Of a DNA stretch of 64,000 nt, positions 36,406 to 47,033 are shown one piece after another. The stretch spans positions 1,056,001-1,120,000 of the forward strand of contig OZ243913.1 of assembly GCA_965213705.1 (NCBI GenBank), given 5' to 3'. The notes under the pieces were generated by a model. It saw only the letters and a list, made by a program, of their open reading frames with translations. It did not search any database and was not told the DNA's origin. The position numbers and the translations under genes are program-made. Within the stretch, counting starts at the first letter, position 1; each line of letters opens with the position of its first letter. Source of the stretch: Trueperaceae bacterium. GTDB lineage: Bacteria > Deinococcota > Deinococci > Deinococcales > Trueperaceae.

Positions 36406-37617
36406 GTGACTCTTTTGGCGGCAACCGTAGCGAGACCGAAAAAACTCAACGTCGTTCCCTGGCTTATCGTTGCGGCCGTCCTGGGCGTTATCGTCTGGCG
36501 CATTTACACGCTGGTGTACGTGACCGAGGCGCGCACCCTGGCCGACTTCGTCGGGGCCTTTATTAACTCTTTTCAGCTCGGCAGTCTCTACGCGCTCATC
36601 GCCTTGGGCTACACGATGGTTTACGGCATCATCCGGCTTATCAACTTCGCCCACGGCGAGATTTTCATGGTGGGCGCGTTCGCGGCCTTTTTTCTGTTCA
36701 GCCGCACGCCCTACAGTTTGCCCTGGGCACTTATCGCGGCGGCCCTGACGGCGTTCGGCTTTATGTACGCCCTCAACTTGTGGCGGGGCCGACTGACCGA
36801 CCCGATAGTGCTGGGCGGCGGCGCGGCGACGTTCGTGGGTGTAACCTGGGCCCTCAGCGCGGCGAACCTCAACTGGATTGTCGCCATGCTGCTCAGTATG
36901 CTCATTACCGGCCTGGTGGGTATTGTGCTCGACCGCATCGCCTACCGGCCGCTGCGCGGCGCGCCGCGGATTTCGCTGCTGATTACGGCAATTGCGATGT
37001 CTTTCTTTTTACAAAACTTCGGTATTTTGACGTTCTCGAGAGAGCAAGTCCCGTTCCGGCCCGAAACCGACTGGACGCAATTTTTGCGCTTCGACCTGGC
37101 CGGGGGCACGGTGTACACCACCCGGCTCGTGTTTTTGATTCCCGTCGTGACCGCCATTTTGGTCGTGGCGCTCACGCTGTTCGTGAACCGCACGCGGTTG
37201 GGTAAGGCGATGCGCGCCTCGGCGCAAGACCCCGAAACGGCGCAGATGATGGGGGTCAACGTCGACCGCGTCATCGCCACCACCTTTTTCCTGGGCTCGA
37301 TGCTGGCGGCGGCGGCGGGCGTGCTTTGGGGTCTGAACTTCGGCTCGCTCAACCAGCCCGCCATCTTCGGCATTCTGCCCGGCATCAAGGCGTTCGCGGC
37401 GGCGGTCATCGGCGGCATCGGCAGTTTGCCGGGCGCGGTCATCGGCGGACTACTGCTGGGGTTTATGGAAAACTTTTTGACGGCCCTGTTTCCGCGCACA
37501 CCTGAATTTGCCGGCATCACCGAGTACAAAGACACCTTCGCATTTTTACTCCTCATCGTGATTTTGCTCATCAAACCGAGCGGCATCGTCGGCGAAGACC
37601 TGTCGGAGAAGGTGTGA
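36406..37617 (+). CDS. livH: Branched-chain amino acid ABC permease (LivH-like)
   Basis: ALGYTMVYGIIRLINFAHGE, GKAMRA, KAFAAAVIGGIG. Confidence 0.9.
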   Translation: MTLLAATVARPKKLNVVPWLIVAAVLGVIVWRIYTLVYVTEARTLADFVGAFINSFQLGSLYALIALGYTMVYGIIRLINFAHGEIFMVGAFAAFFLFSRTPYSLPWALIAAALTAFGFMYALNLWRGRLTDPIVLGGGAATFVGVTWALSAANLNWIVAMLLSMLITGLVGIVLDRIAYRPLRGAPRISLLITAIAMSFFLQNFGILTFSREQVPFRPETDWTQFLRFDLAGGTVYTTRLVFLIPVVTAILVVALTLFVNRTRLGKAMRASAQDPETAQMMGVNVDRVIATTFFLGSMLAAAAGVLWGLNFGSLNQPAIFGILPGIKAFAAAVIGGIGSLPGAVIGGLLLGFMENFLTALFPRTPEFAGITEYKDTFAFLLLIVILLIKPSGIVGEDLSEKV

Positions 37618-39083
37618 TGTCGGGTAAAAGAGGCCGCAACGCGCTGCTCACCCTGCTCGGGCTCGGTCTGGCGGCGTTGGTCTTGTACTTCGTCGACGCT
37701 TCGGGCAGCGTCAAGCTCGAGCAAGCGGTCGCGCTGTTCGCCATTTGGGGCATCGCCTCGGTGAGCCTGAACCTCATCAACGGCACGACCGGCATCCTGT
37801 CACTGGGCCACCACGGTTTTATGCTGTTGGGCGGCTACACCACGGCGCTGCTGATTTTGCCCGAGGCTTCACGGGCGCGCATCACCAGCAGCGCGCGCAG
37901 CCAAATGAGCGACTTTACGCTGGGGCTCAGCCTCGAGAATTTCTTCAGAAACCTCGGTTTGGACGCGCTCGCCACCCCCGAAACGCTGTGGGTGCGGTTT
38001 ATCGTCGCGCTCGTCATCGGCGGCATGGTGGCGGCGCTGTTCGGCCTTATCGTCGGTGTACCGAGCTTGCGCTTGCGCGGCGATTACCTAGCCATCGTTA
38101 CCTTCGGCTTCGGCGAAATCATCCGCCTGCTCGCCTCGACGAGCCTCTTCGCGCCGTTTACGAACGGCTCACTCGGTTTCAGCGGCGTGCCTACCGACTT
38201 CGGCAAGAGCATCTGGTGGACCTCGGGTATTTTGGCGCTGACGGTGCTGATTATGGCGAAGCTCAAGTTCAGCTCCTACGGCCGCGCGCTGCAAGCGATT
38301 CGCGAGGATGAAATCGCCGCCGAGGCGATGGGCATCAACCTCGCTTACCACAAGGTTTTGGCGTTTACGCTGTCAGCGTTTTTCGCCGGGGTGGCGGGCG
38401 GTTTGTGGGTGTCCTGGCTGGCGGTGGCACGACTCGACGTGTTTTTGTTTTTCCTGACTTTCTTTTTCTTGGTGGCGATTTCGGTCGGCGGCACGGGTTC
38501 GATTACCGGGGTGCTGCTCGGCACGGCGCTGGTCGTGTTCGTGCGGCAGTACGGCGACCCGCTCGAGCAAAGTTACACTTTGTCGACCTGGCTTGGCTTG
38601 GTCAGCGTGCTGTTCCTGCTGGCCGCCCTCGGCACCGTTCTGTACCGGGCGTCGCTGCGGCTCAGGCCGCGCGTCCACCCCGCGGTGTACGGGTTGGGGG
38701 CGGTCGGCTTGGCGGGTCTGGCCTTCGCCTTTCTTGCGCCGGGGTTGAGCCTGCTGCAAGACACCTTTGTGGGTTACGGCCTGCGCGCCATTTTGCTCTC
38801 GGTCATCCTCGTCGTCATCATGGTGTTCCGGCCCGAAGGCATTATGGGCCGCGCCGAGTTCAACTGGGCCTGGCTGTTCCGCGAACGCCTCGACCAACCC
38901 ACCGACGAGGAGCGCGGCCAGGACGCCTGGCTGACGAACCCCGAACTTTCGGACCGCTTGGAGGGCGCGGGCGCGAAGATGGCCGAGGGGCCACGGCGCG
39001 AGCAACCCGAACCCGGCGCGAACCCCATGACCAAGGGCGACGGCCCCCAACGAGACACTAAAACAGATTCAGGGATTGAATAA
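37614..39083 (+). CDS. livM: Branched-chain amino acid ABC permease (LivM-like)
   Basis: LSLGHHGF, LRLRGDYLAIVTFGFGEI, AIREDEIAAEAMG. Confidence 0.9.
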   Translation: MMSGKRGRNALLTLLGLGLAALVLYFVDASGSVKLEQAVALFAIWGIASVSLNLINGTTGILSLGHHGFMLLGGYTTALLILPEASRARITSSARSQMSDFTLGLSLENFFRNLGLDALATPETLWVRFIVALVIGGMVAALFGLIVGVPSLRLRGDYLAIVTFGFGEIIRLLASTSLFAPFTNGSLGFSGVPTDFGKSIWWTSGILALTVLIMAKLKFSSYGRALQAIREDEIAAEAMGINLAYHKVLAFTLSAFFAGVAGGLWVSWLAVARLDVFLFFLTFFFLVAISVGGTGSITGVLLGTALVVFVRQYGDPLEQSYTLSTWLGLVSVLFLLAALGTVLYRASLRLRPRVHPAVYGLGAVGLAGLAFAFLAPGLSLLQDTFVGYGLRAILLSVILVVIMVFRPEGIMGRAEFNWAWLFRERLDQPTDEERGQDAWLTNPELSDRLEGAGAKMAEGPRREQPEPGANPMTKGDGPQRDTKTDSGIE

Positions 39084-39893
39084 GATGCTCGAGATAAGCA
39101 ACCTCAACAAGTCTTTCGGCGGCCTGCAAGCCATGACCGACCTGAGTTTGAAAGTAAACGAGGGCGAAATCGTCTCGGTCATCGGGCCGAACGGGGCGGG
39201 GAAGACGACGCTGTTCAACCTCATCACCGGCGTGTACCGACCCGACTCGGGCGACGTTCGCTTTGAGGGGAAGTCGCTCATTGGCAAAAAGCCCAGTTAC
39301 ATTGTCGACGTGGGCGTGGCGCGAACTTTCCAAAACCTGCGGCTGTTTACCAACCTGAGCGTGCTCGAGAACGTCCTCATCCCGCAGCACCACAAACTGC
39401 GCTCGACCTGGCTTTCCGCCGTGCTGCGGACGCCGGGTTACCGCAAGCAAGAGCGCGAGATGCGCGAGTACGCCCTGGAAAAACTCGCCTTTTTCGGTCC
39501 GCGACTGATGAGTTTTCGACTGCACCAACCCGTTTATGTGCTGAGTTACGCCAACCGGCGGCGCTGCGAGATGGCTCGAGCGATGGCGACCGGGGCGAAG
39601 ATGCTCCTGCTCGACGAGCCCAGCGCCGGCATGAACCCCAAGGAGACCACCGAAATCACCGACATCATCCGGCAGATGCGCGACGAGGGCGGTTACACGA
39701 TTCTGCTCGTCGAACACAAAATGAACTTAGTCGGCTCCATCAGCGACCGCGTCGTCGTCCTCGACTACGGCCAAAAAATCGCTGAAGGCAGCTACCGCGA
39801 GGTCGTGGACAACCCGAAAGTCATCGAAGCGTATCTGGGCAAAAAAGCCGAGGACGAGGGCGGACATCGGGCTGACGAGGCGGAGTTTTTATA

Positions 39894-39894
<1 letters not shown>
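39076..39894 (+). CDS. livG: ABC ATP-binding protein (LivG-like)
   Basis: GPNGAGKTT, ARTFQN, LLLDEP.AGMN. Confidence 0.92.
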
Positions 39895-40634
<740 letters not shown>

Positions 40635-40696
40635 GTAAGAATTCGCGGCATAATGCAGGTCTAGTTTTTGTGTACTAAAGGAAGGTGAGTTGTTTA

Positions 40697-41068
40697 ATGG
40701 CACTTAAAGAATTTTCTGAACTACGACAGGTGTCTGGTATTTCAGAAGCGGAACAACAGAGAATTAAAGACTTTTTGCAAGGAGCTATTTACTGCTGGTG
40801 TAAGAATAGGAAAGATAAATGGTTCTCTCTGAGAGATTTGATGGGTGGCGATAACTATTATTGGCGGGGAACGCCGCTACTAAAGCTTTACCTCAAACAT
40901 GAAGAACGACGCGCTCAAGACCCAGTCAAAGAAGCGGGTAAAGATGCTGGGTGGTTATCAAAGTCAGTAGTCGATGGCGACAAAAGGCTATTTGATTCAA
41001 AAGAAGAAGCGCGTATTCGACAATACAGGTGGATTGTTAAGGAAGAGGATACAGAATATAGCACCTAA
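40697..41068 (+). CDS. AT-rich hypothetical protein (probably horizontally acquired)
   Basis: GGAAGGTGA RBS; GC visibly far below flanks. Confidence 0.75.
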   Translation: MALKEFSELRQVSGISEAEQQRIKDFLQGAIYCWCKNRKDKWFSLRDLMGGDNYYWRGTPLLKLYLKHEERRAQDPVKEAGKDAGWLSKSVVDGDKRLFDSKEEARIRQYRWIVKEEDTEYST

Positions 41069-41283
41069 AACTGACGCTGTGCTTTGCTAAGTCTCGATTG
41101 CTTTCTGCGAAAGTACAATAGTCGTATGACCGGAAACTCGAGCAACCTCCCCGCTTCAACCAACCGCTAAAAATCACCAAAAACTGTTCCCACATCCCGT
41201 GCGGCGTTCAGGACTCGAGCTGTGGTTTTTAGATGTACCTCCTCATCTCTCAAAAAATGCCCTATTGTGCTAAACTGTAGGAC

Positions 41284-41526
41284 ATGACACGCTTTGAAAC
41301 GATGGGTCGCATCATCGACCAGTTACGCAACCTCGACGACGCTTCTTTGGAAGAACTGCTTGCAGAGTTGTCAGGCGCTATAACTGACGAGACGCTCGAG
41401 GTTGTTACATACGGTGAGGACGATACCGAGCATTTACAGAACAATTCCGTCAACGCCGAAGACTTGAATGAGGCTGTAAAAGAACTGAAGGGTTATAAGC
41501 TTTTAACGCCTCAACATGCTGCTTAA
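41284..41526 (+). CDS. Putative antitoxin upstream of YoeB
   Basis: Acidic 80 aa, TEHL..N..NA..L.EAV C-terminus, overlaps toxin start; TAAACT-N7-ATG. Confidence 0.7.
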   Translation: MTRFETMGRIIDQLRNLDDASLEELLAELSGAITDETLEVVTYGEDDTEHLQNNSVNAEDLNEAVKELKGYKLLTPQHAA

Positions 41527-41770
41527 CTTTCGTAGACAAGCTTGGGAAGACTACCTCTACTGGTTTCGCATAGACCGAAAAATGTGCAGGCGCGTTCACG
41601 ACCTCATCAAAGACACCCAACGCACACCGTTTGACGGTATCGGCAAGCCCGAAGCACTCAAAGGCAACTACAAGGGCTTTTGGTCACGCCGCATTGATAA
41701 AGAACACCGCATGGTTTACGCCGTTACCGACGAAGCACTCATTCTTGTTCAGTTGCGACACCATTATTGA
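41516..41770 (+). CDS. yoeB: Txe/YoeB family toxin
   Basis: AWEDYLYW, PFDGIGKPEALK, WSRRIDKEHRMVY, C-terminal RHHY. Confidence 0.93.
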   Translation: MLLNFRRQAWEDYLYWFRIDRKMCRRVHDLIKDTQRTPFDGIGKPEALKGNYKGFWSRRIDKEHRMVYAVTDEALILVQLRHHY

Positions 41771-41828
41771 GGTGGTCGGCTGTCAGGCTGCTTCTTTCTG
41801 CGAAAGTACAGCAGTTGCATAGTCGAAG

Positions 41829-41897
41829 GCACGCGTTGAGATTTGCGTGGGCTGCACACTCACCTGTACCCCAGAAAAACTTATGGAGGAACTATGA
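41829..41897 (+). pseudogene. C-terminal remnant of a PIN-domain toxin
   Basis: ARVEIC...TCTPEKLMEEL* matches the ICTPEEL C-terminus of a PIN family; ATGA overlap with the next gene. Confidence 0.55.
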
Positions 41898-42091
41898 AAG
41901 ACAGCATCGTTGAAGAAGTCCGTCAAGCTCGAGCTGAACATGCCGAGCAGTTCGACTATGACCTCAAAGCTATTTTTGCCGATATTCAAAAACAGCAAGA
42001 ACAGAGTGAGCGCGAATTCGTTTCTTTTCCTGCTAAACGAATCGAGCCTGTGGTCAAAAAGCGCGCCACTGACTCCCAACGTGCAACCTAA
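41894..42091 (+). CDS. Small protein typical of the PIN-toxin partner (putative antitoxin)
   Basis: MKDSIVEEVRQARAEHAEQFDYDLKAIFAD; GGAGGA RBS. Confidence 0.7.
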   Translation: MKDSIVEEVRQARAEHAEQFDYDLKAIFADIQKQQEQSEREFVSFPAKRIEPVVKKRATDSQRAT

Positions 42092-42229
42092 GTGGGAATT
42101 CTCGAGATGGGGCTCGAGCAACTGGGTAACGGCGCGGAGCGTGTCGTGTTGCTCGTCGACGGCCTCGGCTGGAACCGGTTGCAGGCGCAACTGGGGCGGG
42201 ACGACCGTCGTCCACCGGTTTACGACCTC

Positions 42230-42258
42230 AAAAAAGAAGACGCGCCCCGAAGGCGCGT
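42230..42258 (-). terminator. Intrinsic terminator
   Basis: ACGCGCCTTCGGGGCGCGT followed by a T-rich tract on the minus strand. Confidence 0.7.
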
Positions 42259-42278
42259 TTCCCAGGTAAACAGACGGT

Positions 42279-42557
42279 CTAGCCGACGAAGCTGCTGACG
42301 ATGTACTTGACGATGCGGCTCGAGTCGCCTTTGAACAGGTTGACGACGTGTTTGCCCAGGGGCGGCTCGTAGCGGATGACGAACAGCCCGTAGCAAAACG
42401 CGACTGCGATGTTCGTGACCAAACCCAAACCGAGAAACACCATGCCCAGCGCGGTCGTTCCACTGGTGGCGACGAGGCTGAAGGCGGTGATGAGGGCGAC
42501 GAGGCTGAGGAGGGCGCAGGCTTCCACGAGGGCGGGGGAGAGGTTGGTGTTTTTCAT
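42279..42557 (-). CDS. Small membrane protein (2 TM)
   Basis: TAGACT-N6-ATG start, own terminator. Confidence 0.6.
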   Translation of the reverse strand: MKNTNLSPALVEACALLSLVALITAFSLVATSGTTALGMVFLGLGLVTNIAVAFCYGLFVIRYEPPLGKHVVNLFKGDSSRIVKYIVSSFVG

Positions 42558-42704
42558 AAACGTAGTCTAAGACGTAGGTTCTTACACAATCCTGACGAAA
42601 CCCTTACGGAATTATGACGGCCGCGGTGGGTTCCGTATGCGGGGACGCCTCGAGCACCGAACCTCACCGAAAAGCACTTCTTCAAAACTGACCCTCGTTA
42701 AGCG

Positions 42705-44264
42705 TCAGTGGACGATGAGCGAAGTACCCGTCATCTCTGCAGGTTGCGCCAAGTCCATCAGCTCGAGCAGCGTGGGCGCTACGTCACAAAGCGCGCCGCC
42801 GTCACGAAGTTTGAGAGTTTTGTCGCCGCCGATGACGAGGCAGGGCACCGGGTTGGTGGTGTGCGCCGTGTGCGGGCGACCGTCCTCGGTGAGCATCTTT
42901 TCGGCGTTGCCGTGGTCGGCGATGACGACGACGCTGCCCCCTTTGGCGCGCACTGCCTCGACGAGCCGGCCCAAGCCTTGGTCTACGGTTTCGCAAGCCT
43001 TGACCGCCGCCGCCAGCACGCCCGTGTGGCCGACCATGTCGGGGTTGGCGTAGTTGAGGAGGACAAAGGCGTCGTCGTGCGTCTCAAGACGTTTCAGGGT
43101 CTCTTCGGTGAGTTGCGGCGCGCTCATCTCGGGTTTCAGGTCGTAGGTGGCGACGTCCTTGGGCGACGGGACGATGTGGCGGTCCTCGCCCGGAAACGGC
43201 TCTTCACGCTCGGCGTTGAAAAAAAAGGTCACGTGCGCGTACTTTTCGGTTTCGGCGGTGTGATACTGGGTTTTCCCGGCCTTGCTCACCGTTTCGGACA
43301 GGGTGTTGCCGAGGTTAGGCAAGGCGAGCGCAAACGTGGAGCCCAGTTCGCGGTCGTACTCCATCAGCGAGGCGTAGTGGAGGTCTTCGACGACGCGGCA
43401 GCGCGAAAACTCTTGCCAGTCGGCGTCTTTGAGAAGCGCGTAGCTGAGTTGCCGCGCGCGGTCGGCGCGGAAGTTGAAGAAAAACACCGCGTCGCCGTCG
43501 CTCATGGTGGCGACCGGCCGGCCGTTCCGGGTGACGACGGTAGCCTTGACGAACTCGTCGGTCTCGCCGCGCTCGTAGGCTTGCCCGACGGCGGCGGCGG
43601 CACCCTCGGCGCTGTGCTCAGCTCGGCCGCAGACAACAGCGTCGTAGGCCTGCTGGGTGCGCTCCCAGCGGCGGTCGCGGTCCATCGCGTAGTAGCGGCC
43701 CGTCACGCTGGCGATTTTTATGTCGTGCTCCAAGCTGTCGATGTGGCCTTGCAGTTCGGTCACGTAACCCAGGCCGCTGTCGGGCGGGGTGTCGCGGCCG
43801 TCGGTAAAGAGGTGCAGGTAAACCGGCGCGACTTGTTCGCGTTTGGCAAGCTCGAGCAGCGCGTACAGGTGGGTCAGGTCGCTGTGAACCCCGCCCCGGC
43901 TCGCCAGGCCCATGAGGTGAAGGGCGTTGCCGCGCCTTTTGGCCGCGCCGAACAGGTCGGTCAGCACCTCGTTCTCGAAAAACCTGCCGGACTCGATAAG
44001 GCTTTCGATTAGGGTGAGGCTCTGGTTGACCACCCGGCCCGCGCCCAAGTTGAGGTGCCCGACCTCGCTGTTGCCCATCTGCCCTTTCGGCAAGCCGACC
44101 GCGCGGCCTGAGGCGGCGAGCTGCGTGTGCGCTTCCTCGCGCCAGTAGCGGTCGAAGTTGGGGGTGTCGGCCGTCGTCACCGCGTTGCCCGGCCCAGCCG
44201 GGGCCAGCCCAAAGCCGTCCAAAATCACCAGCATGACGGGTTTGGTTCCGGCAGCTCGGTTCAC
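42705..44264 (-). CDS. gpmI: 2,3-bisphosphoglycerate-independent phosphoglycerate mutase
   Basis: ILDGFG, QMGNSEVGH, DGRD, GRYYAMDRD, NFRADR, NPDMVGHTG, ADHGN. Confidence 0.97.
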   Translation of the reverse strand: MNRAAGTKPVMLVILDGFGLAPAGPGNAVTTADTPNFDRYWREEAHTQLAASGRAVGLPKGQMGNSEVGHLNLGAGRVVNQSLTLIESLIESGRFFENEVLTDLFGAAKRRGNALHLMGLASRGGVHSDLTHLYALLELAKREQVAPVYLHLFTDGRDTPPDSGLGYVTELQGHIDSLEHDIKIASVTGRYYAMDRDRRWERTQQAYDAVVCGRAEHSAEGAAAAVGQAYERGETDEFVKATVVTRNGRPVATMSDGDAVFFFNFRADRARQLSYALLKDADWQEFSRCRVVEDLHYASLMEYDRELGSTFALALPNLGNTLSETVSKAGKTQYHTAETEKYAHVTFFFNAEREEPFPGEDRHIVPSPKDVATYDLKPEMSAPQLTEETLKRLETHDDAFVLLNYANPDMVGHTGVLAAAVKACETVDQGLGRLVEAVRAKGGSVVVIADHGNAEKMLTEDGRPHTAHTTNPVPCLVIGGDKTLKLRDGGALCDVAPTLLELMDLAQPAEMTGTSLIVH

Positions 44265-44722
44265 GTTAAAACTTCAATCTCGCCTATTTCCGCGTCGAGG
44301 ACGAAGATGTTGCGCTCCAAACGAAAGTCGGTCACGGTAACGCCGCGCACGTTCTCGCCCACGAGGGTTTGCAAGTCGATAAGGACGAACAGGTCGTCGC
44401 CCGCGACCTTCAAATCGACGCCTTTTAGGGTGGGCAGTGAGAAGATTTTCAGCAGCAGTTGCACCAGCGCGTTCAGCGGCAGCGCGTTGAGCGCGGTCGT
44501 CACCTTGAACACGGCCCGGCCGCTTTCAAAACGGTCGTACTTCAGGTTGACGTTCAGGATGGGCGTGAGGCGCTGCAAAAACTTTGGTAAACGGTCGCGC
44601 GGGTTGATGCGCACCACTAACGTGTCGCCGCTGCTCGAGATGCTTTCCACCTCGGGCGGCAGCGGCTCTTGGCTGCGCTGCAGGGCCATCATTTCGTCGA
44701 AGGGCAGTAGGATTCGGGCCAT
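44261..44722 (-). CDS. Hypothetical protein
   Basis: GGAG RBS, 4-bp overlap with gpmI. Confidence 0.7.
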   Translation of the reverse strand: MARILLPFDEMMALQRSQEPLPPEVESISSSGDTLVVRINPRDRLPKFLQRLTPILNVNLKYDRFESGRAVFKVTTALNALPLNALVQLLLKIFSLPTLKGVDLKVAGDDLFVLIDLQTLVGENVRGVTVTDFRLERNIFVLDAEIGEIEVLT

Positions 44723-44855
44723 AGGTTACTCCGGTCGGGTGAGGATGGGTTGGGGGCGGTGGGTATGAGGCGGTGGGTATGAGGGGATGGTCATGGAGGT
44801 AGAGGTGTTGAAATGGAGGGTGAAGCCGAAAGCTTCTACTTGTCTACTTTGTGGT

Positions 44856-45698
44856 TCATCGCCACCTGCCCAGGGCTCGAGCGACGCGGTTCTCCAACAC
44901 GTCCAAGTCTTGGGGCTCGACCTCTTGTAAGGTTTTACCGAGTTCGTGCGCCACGTAACAGCGGGCGACGAACTCCAGTTCGCCCTTGTAAGCGGGGTCG
45001 GCGAGGACAAAGGGCAGCAGCTCTTGAAGCTTGTCCATGAGGTAGCGCTTGGCGAGGTACACGGCTACCGCGCGTTCGTCCTCGCTTAAAAGGGGCGTCG
45101 GCACGGCGGGGTCGGCGGCCAGCACCCGGCTCGCCCGAACGATTTGCACCTGGGTGGCGTAGCGGGTGCAGGTCGTGCAAAGGGGCCGCGCTTCGGACAG
45201 CGCGCCGCACAGTTCGCAGGCTTGCCAACCCTCGGCGCGGCGGCGCTCGCGGTAACCGAGCATCGCTTTGGCCGCGCCCATCGCGGGCCGGGCTAGGTCC
45301 TGGGGCAGTTTTTCTAGGTCACGAGCGAGTTTGGCGAGCGCCTTGCTGTCTACGGGCACGGGTTTGGGCGGCTCCGGTTCCGGCGGCACGACGGCTATCC
45401 TCCCGAGGCGAAAGCGGATGTCGCGAACGTCTTTGCTGCCGAACTTGCCACGGTACACGTCCACAAAGCGCTGCCGCTGGAGCGTGAGGTGCATCGAGGT
45501 TTCGCTGTCGGGCACTTCGACGATCAAAACCCCGTCCTGCAGCGTTTTGGCCTCGGTAAACTTGGCGACTTCGCGCCCGACGACCTGCGGCCACAGCAGC
45601 ACCGCCTCGGCGCGGCGCACGGCGCGCTTCATGCCGCCGCGCTTGAACACCTCGGCCAACACGTCGCCGACGTGGCTGCTTTTAGCTGCCATCTTCAA
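44856..45698 (-). CDS. DUF721/DciA-family protein with C-terminal Zn finger
   Basis: WPQVVG..VA..T...L.DGVL.V; CELC..CTTC; coupled to recF. Confidence 0.82.
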   Translation of the reverse strand: MKMAAKSSHVGDVLAEVFKRGGMKRAVRRAEAVLLWPQVVGREVAKFTEAKTLQDGVLIVEVPDSETSMHLTLQRQRFVDVYRGKFGSKDVRDIRFRLGRIAVVPPEPEPPKPVPVDSKALAKLARDLEKLPQDLARPAMGAAKAMLGYRERRRAEGWQACELCGALSEARPLCTTCTRYATQVQIVRASRVLAADPAVPTPLLSEDERAVAVYLAKRYLMDKLQELLPFVLADPAYKGELEFVARCYVAHELGKTLQEVEPQDLDVLENRVARALGRWR

Positions 45699-46741
45699 CC
45701 ACCCCGAAAACTTCCCCCCGAGACGTGGTAGAGCGCCCCGTACTGCGGCGGTTTTTCGGTGCCGCTCACCACGGCTTGCGGGGTACTCGCGGCCAGCTCG
45801 AGCAAGTAAGCTCGCCGGTTGGCGTCGAGTTCGGCGGTAAAGTCGTCGAGCAGCAAGACCGGCGCTTCGCCGTGTTTTTCCAGCAGCAAGCGGTACTCGG
45901 CCACGCGCAGCGCCAGCGACGCGGTGCGCGCCTCGCCGCGCGAGCCGTAGGCTTGGACGCTGTGCCCGTCGAGCGCAAGCACGAGGTCGTCGCGGTGCGG
46001 CCCGACTACGGTCACGCCGCGGGTACGCTCTTCGAAGCTGCTCAGCTCGAGGCGTTCTTGAAGCGTGCCCGCCTCGGCCTCGCTCGCCAAGCTCACGCTC
46101 AGCCTTTTGCCGTCGCCGGCAACTTCCGCGTAGGTCGTCTCGGCGATGTCGCGAATGCGCTTCAGCGCTCGAGCCCGCAGCTTGACAATCGCGTCACCAA
46201 GTTCGACGAACTTAGCCGTCCACACCTCCAAAGTAGGGTCGTGTCGGCCTTGTTTGAGGACGGAATTGCGCTGCTCCACGACCCTAGTATACTCGCGCAG
46301 CAGCAGCGCGTAGCGCAAGGAGAGCCGGGACAGCAGCGTGTCCAGGTAAGCCCGCCGACCTCCCGGTGGACCGTGGACGAGGTCGGTGTCCTCCGGCGTC
46401 ACCAGCACCGCCGCCGCGACCCGCGCCACTTCCATAGCCCGCACCGTCTGTCCGTCCAGCCGCACCACTTTACGCCCCGGTGCCAAACCCACTTCAATCG
46501 TGCTGATACCGTCCTCGCGCTCGAGCTTCACCCCGACAAAGCCCTCAGACTCGCCTATTCGCACCGACTCGACGATTTTGCCGCTCGGCAGTTCGCCGGT
46601 ACAGCCCAGGTAGAGCGCGTCCAAAAGGTTGGACTTGCCCGAGGCGTTTTGGCCGACGACCGCCGTGATGCCCGCCCCGAACTCCAGGCGCGGCGTGACG
46701 AGGTTGCGGAAGTTGAGTTGGGACACGCTCAGGAGAAGCAC
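45695..46741 (-). CDS. recF: DNA replication/repair protein RecF
   Basis: NFRN, GQNASGKSN, GPHRDDL, SRGEAR, LLLDDFTAELD. Confidence 0.95.
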   Translation of the reverse strand: MLLLSVSQLNFRNLVTPRLEFGAGITAVVGQNASGKSNLLDALYLGCTGELPSGKIVESVRIGESEGFVGVKLEREDGISTIEVGLAPGRKVVRLDGQTVRAMEVARVAAAVLVTPEDTDLVHGPPGGRRAYLDTLLSRLSLRYALLLREYTRVVEQRNSVLKQGRHDPTLEVWTAKFVELGDAIVKLRARALKRIRDIAETTYAEVAGDGKRLSVSLASEAEAGTLQERLELSSFEERTRGVTVVGPHRDDLVLALDGHSVQAYGSRGEARTASLALRVAEYRLLLEKHGEAPVLLLDDFTAELDANRRAYLLELAASTPQAVVSGTEKPPQYGALYHVSGGSFRGG

Positions 46742-46760
46742 GGGCTACAGTCTAACCCTG

Positions 46761-46965
46761 ATACCTTTTCCGGTTAATTCCCTGAAGAATTAACCCGAGC
46801 AAGCAGTCCTGAACCAGAGGTAGTGACTTTGATTGCTGAGCATTGGTAAATCGTTGATGGTACCATCGGTTCAGGACTGCTCAGCGAGAATAAATAAATA
46901 CGGATTCCGATGAGGAACTGGAAAATCACTTCCAAGGTAATCAGGCGTATTATCGGAATCTGTAT
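46761..46965 (-). repeat. Deinococcus-type small intergenic repeat / MITE-like element, composite copy
   Basis: Ends read ATACAGATTCCGA...GAATTAACCGGAAAAGGTAT on minus; internal ATACGGATTCCGA (46898) and a 14-bp IR at 46802-46815/46868-46881. Confidence 0.7.
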
Positions 46966-47033
46966 GGGACGTGCAGGGTTTACCCGCGGGGACGGCTCGA
47001 GTCAAGCCCCGGTTGCTGCAAGGCAAGGGTGTC

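Noticed and set aside
40640..42200. Integron cassette array
   Set aside because: No integrase and no convincing RYYYAAC...GTTRRRY attC palindromes
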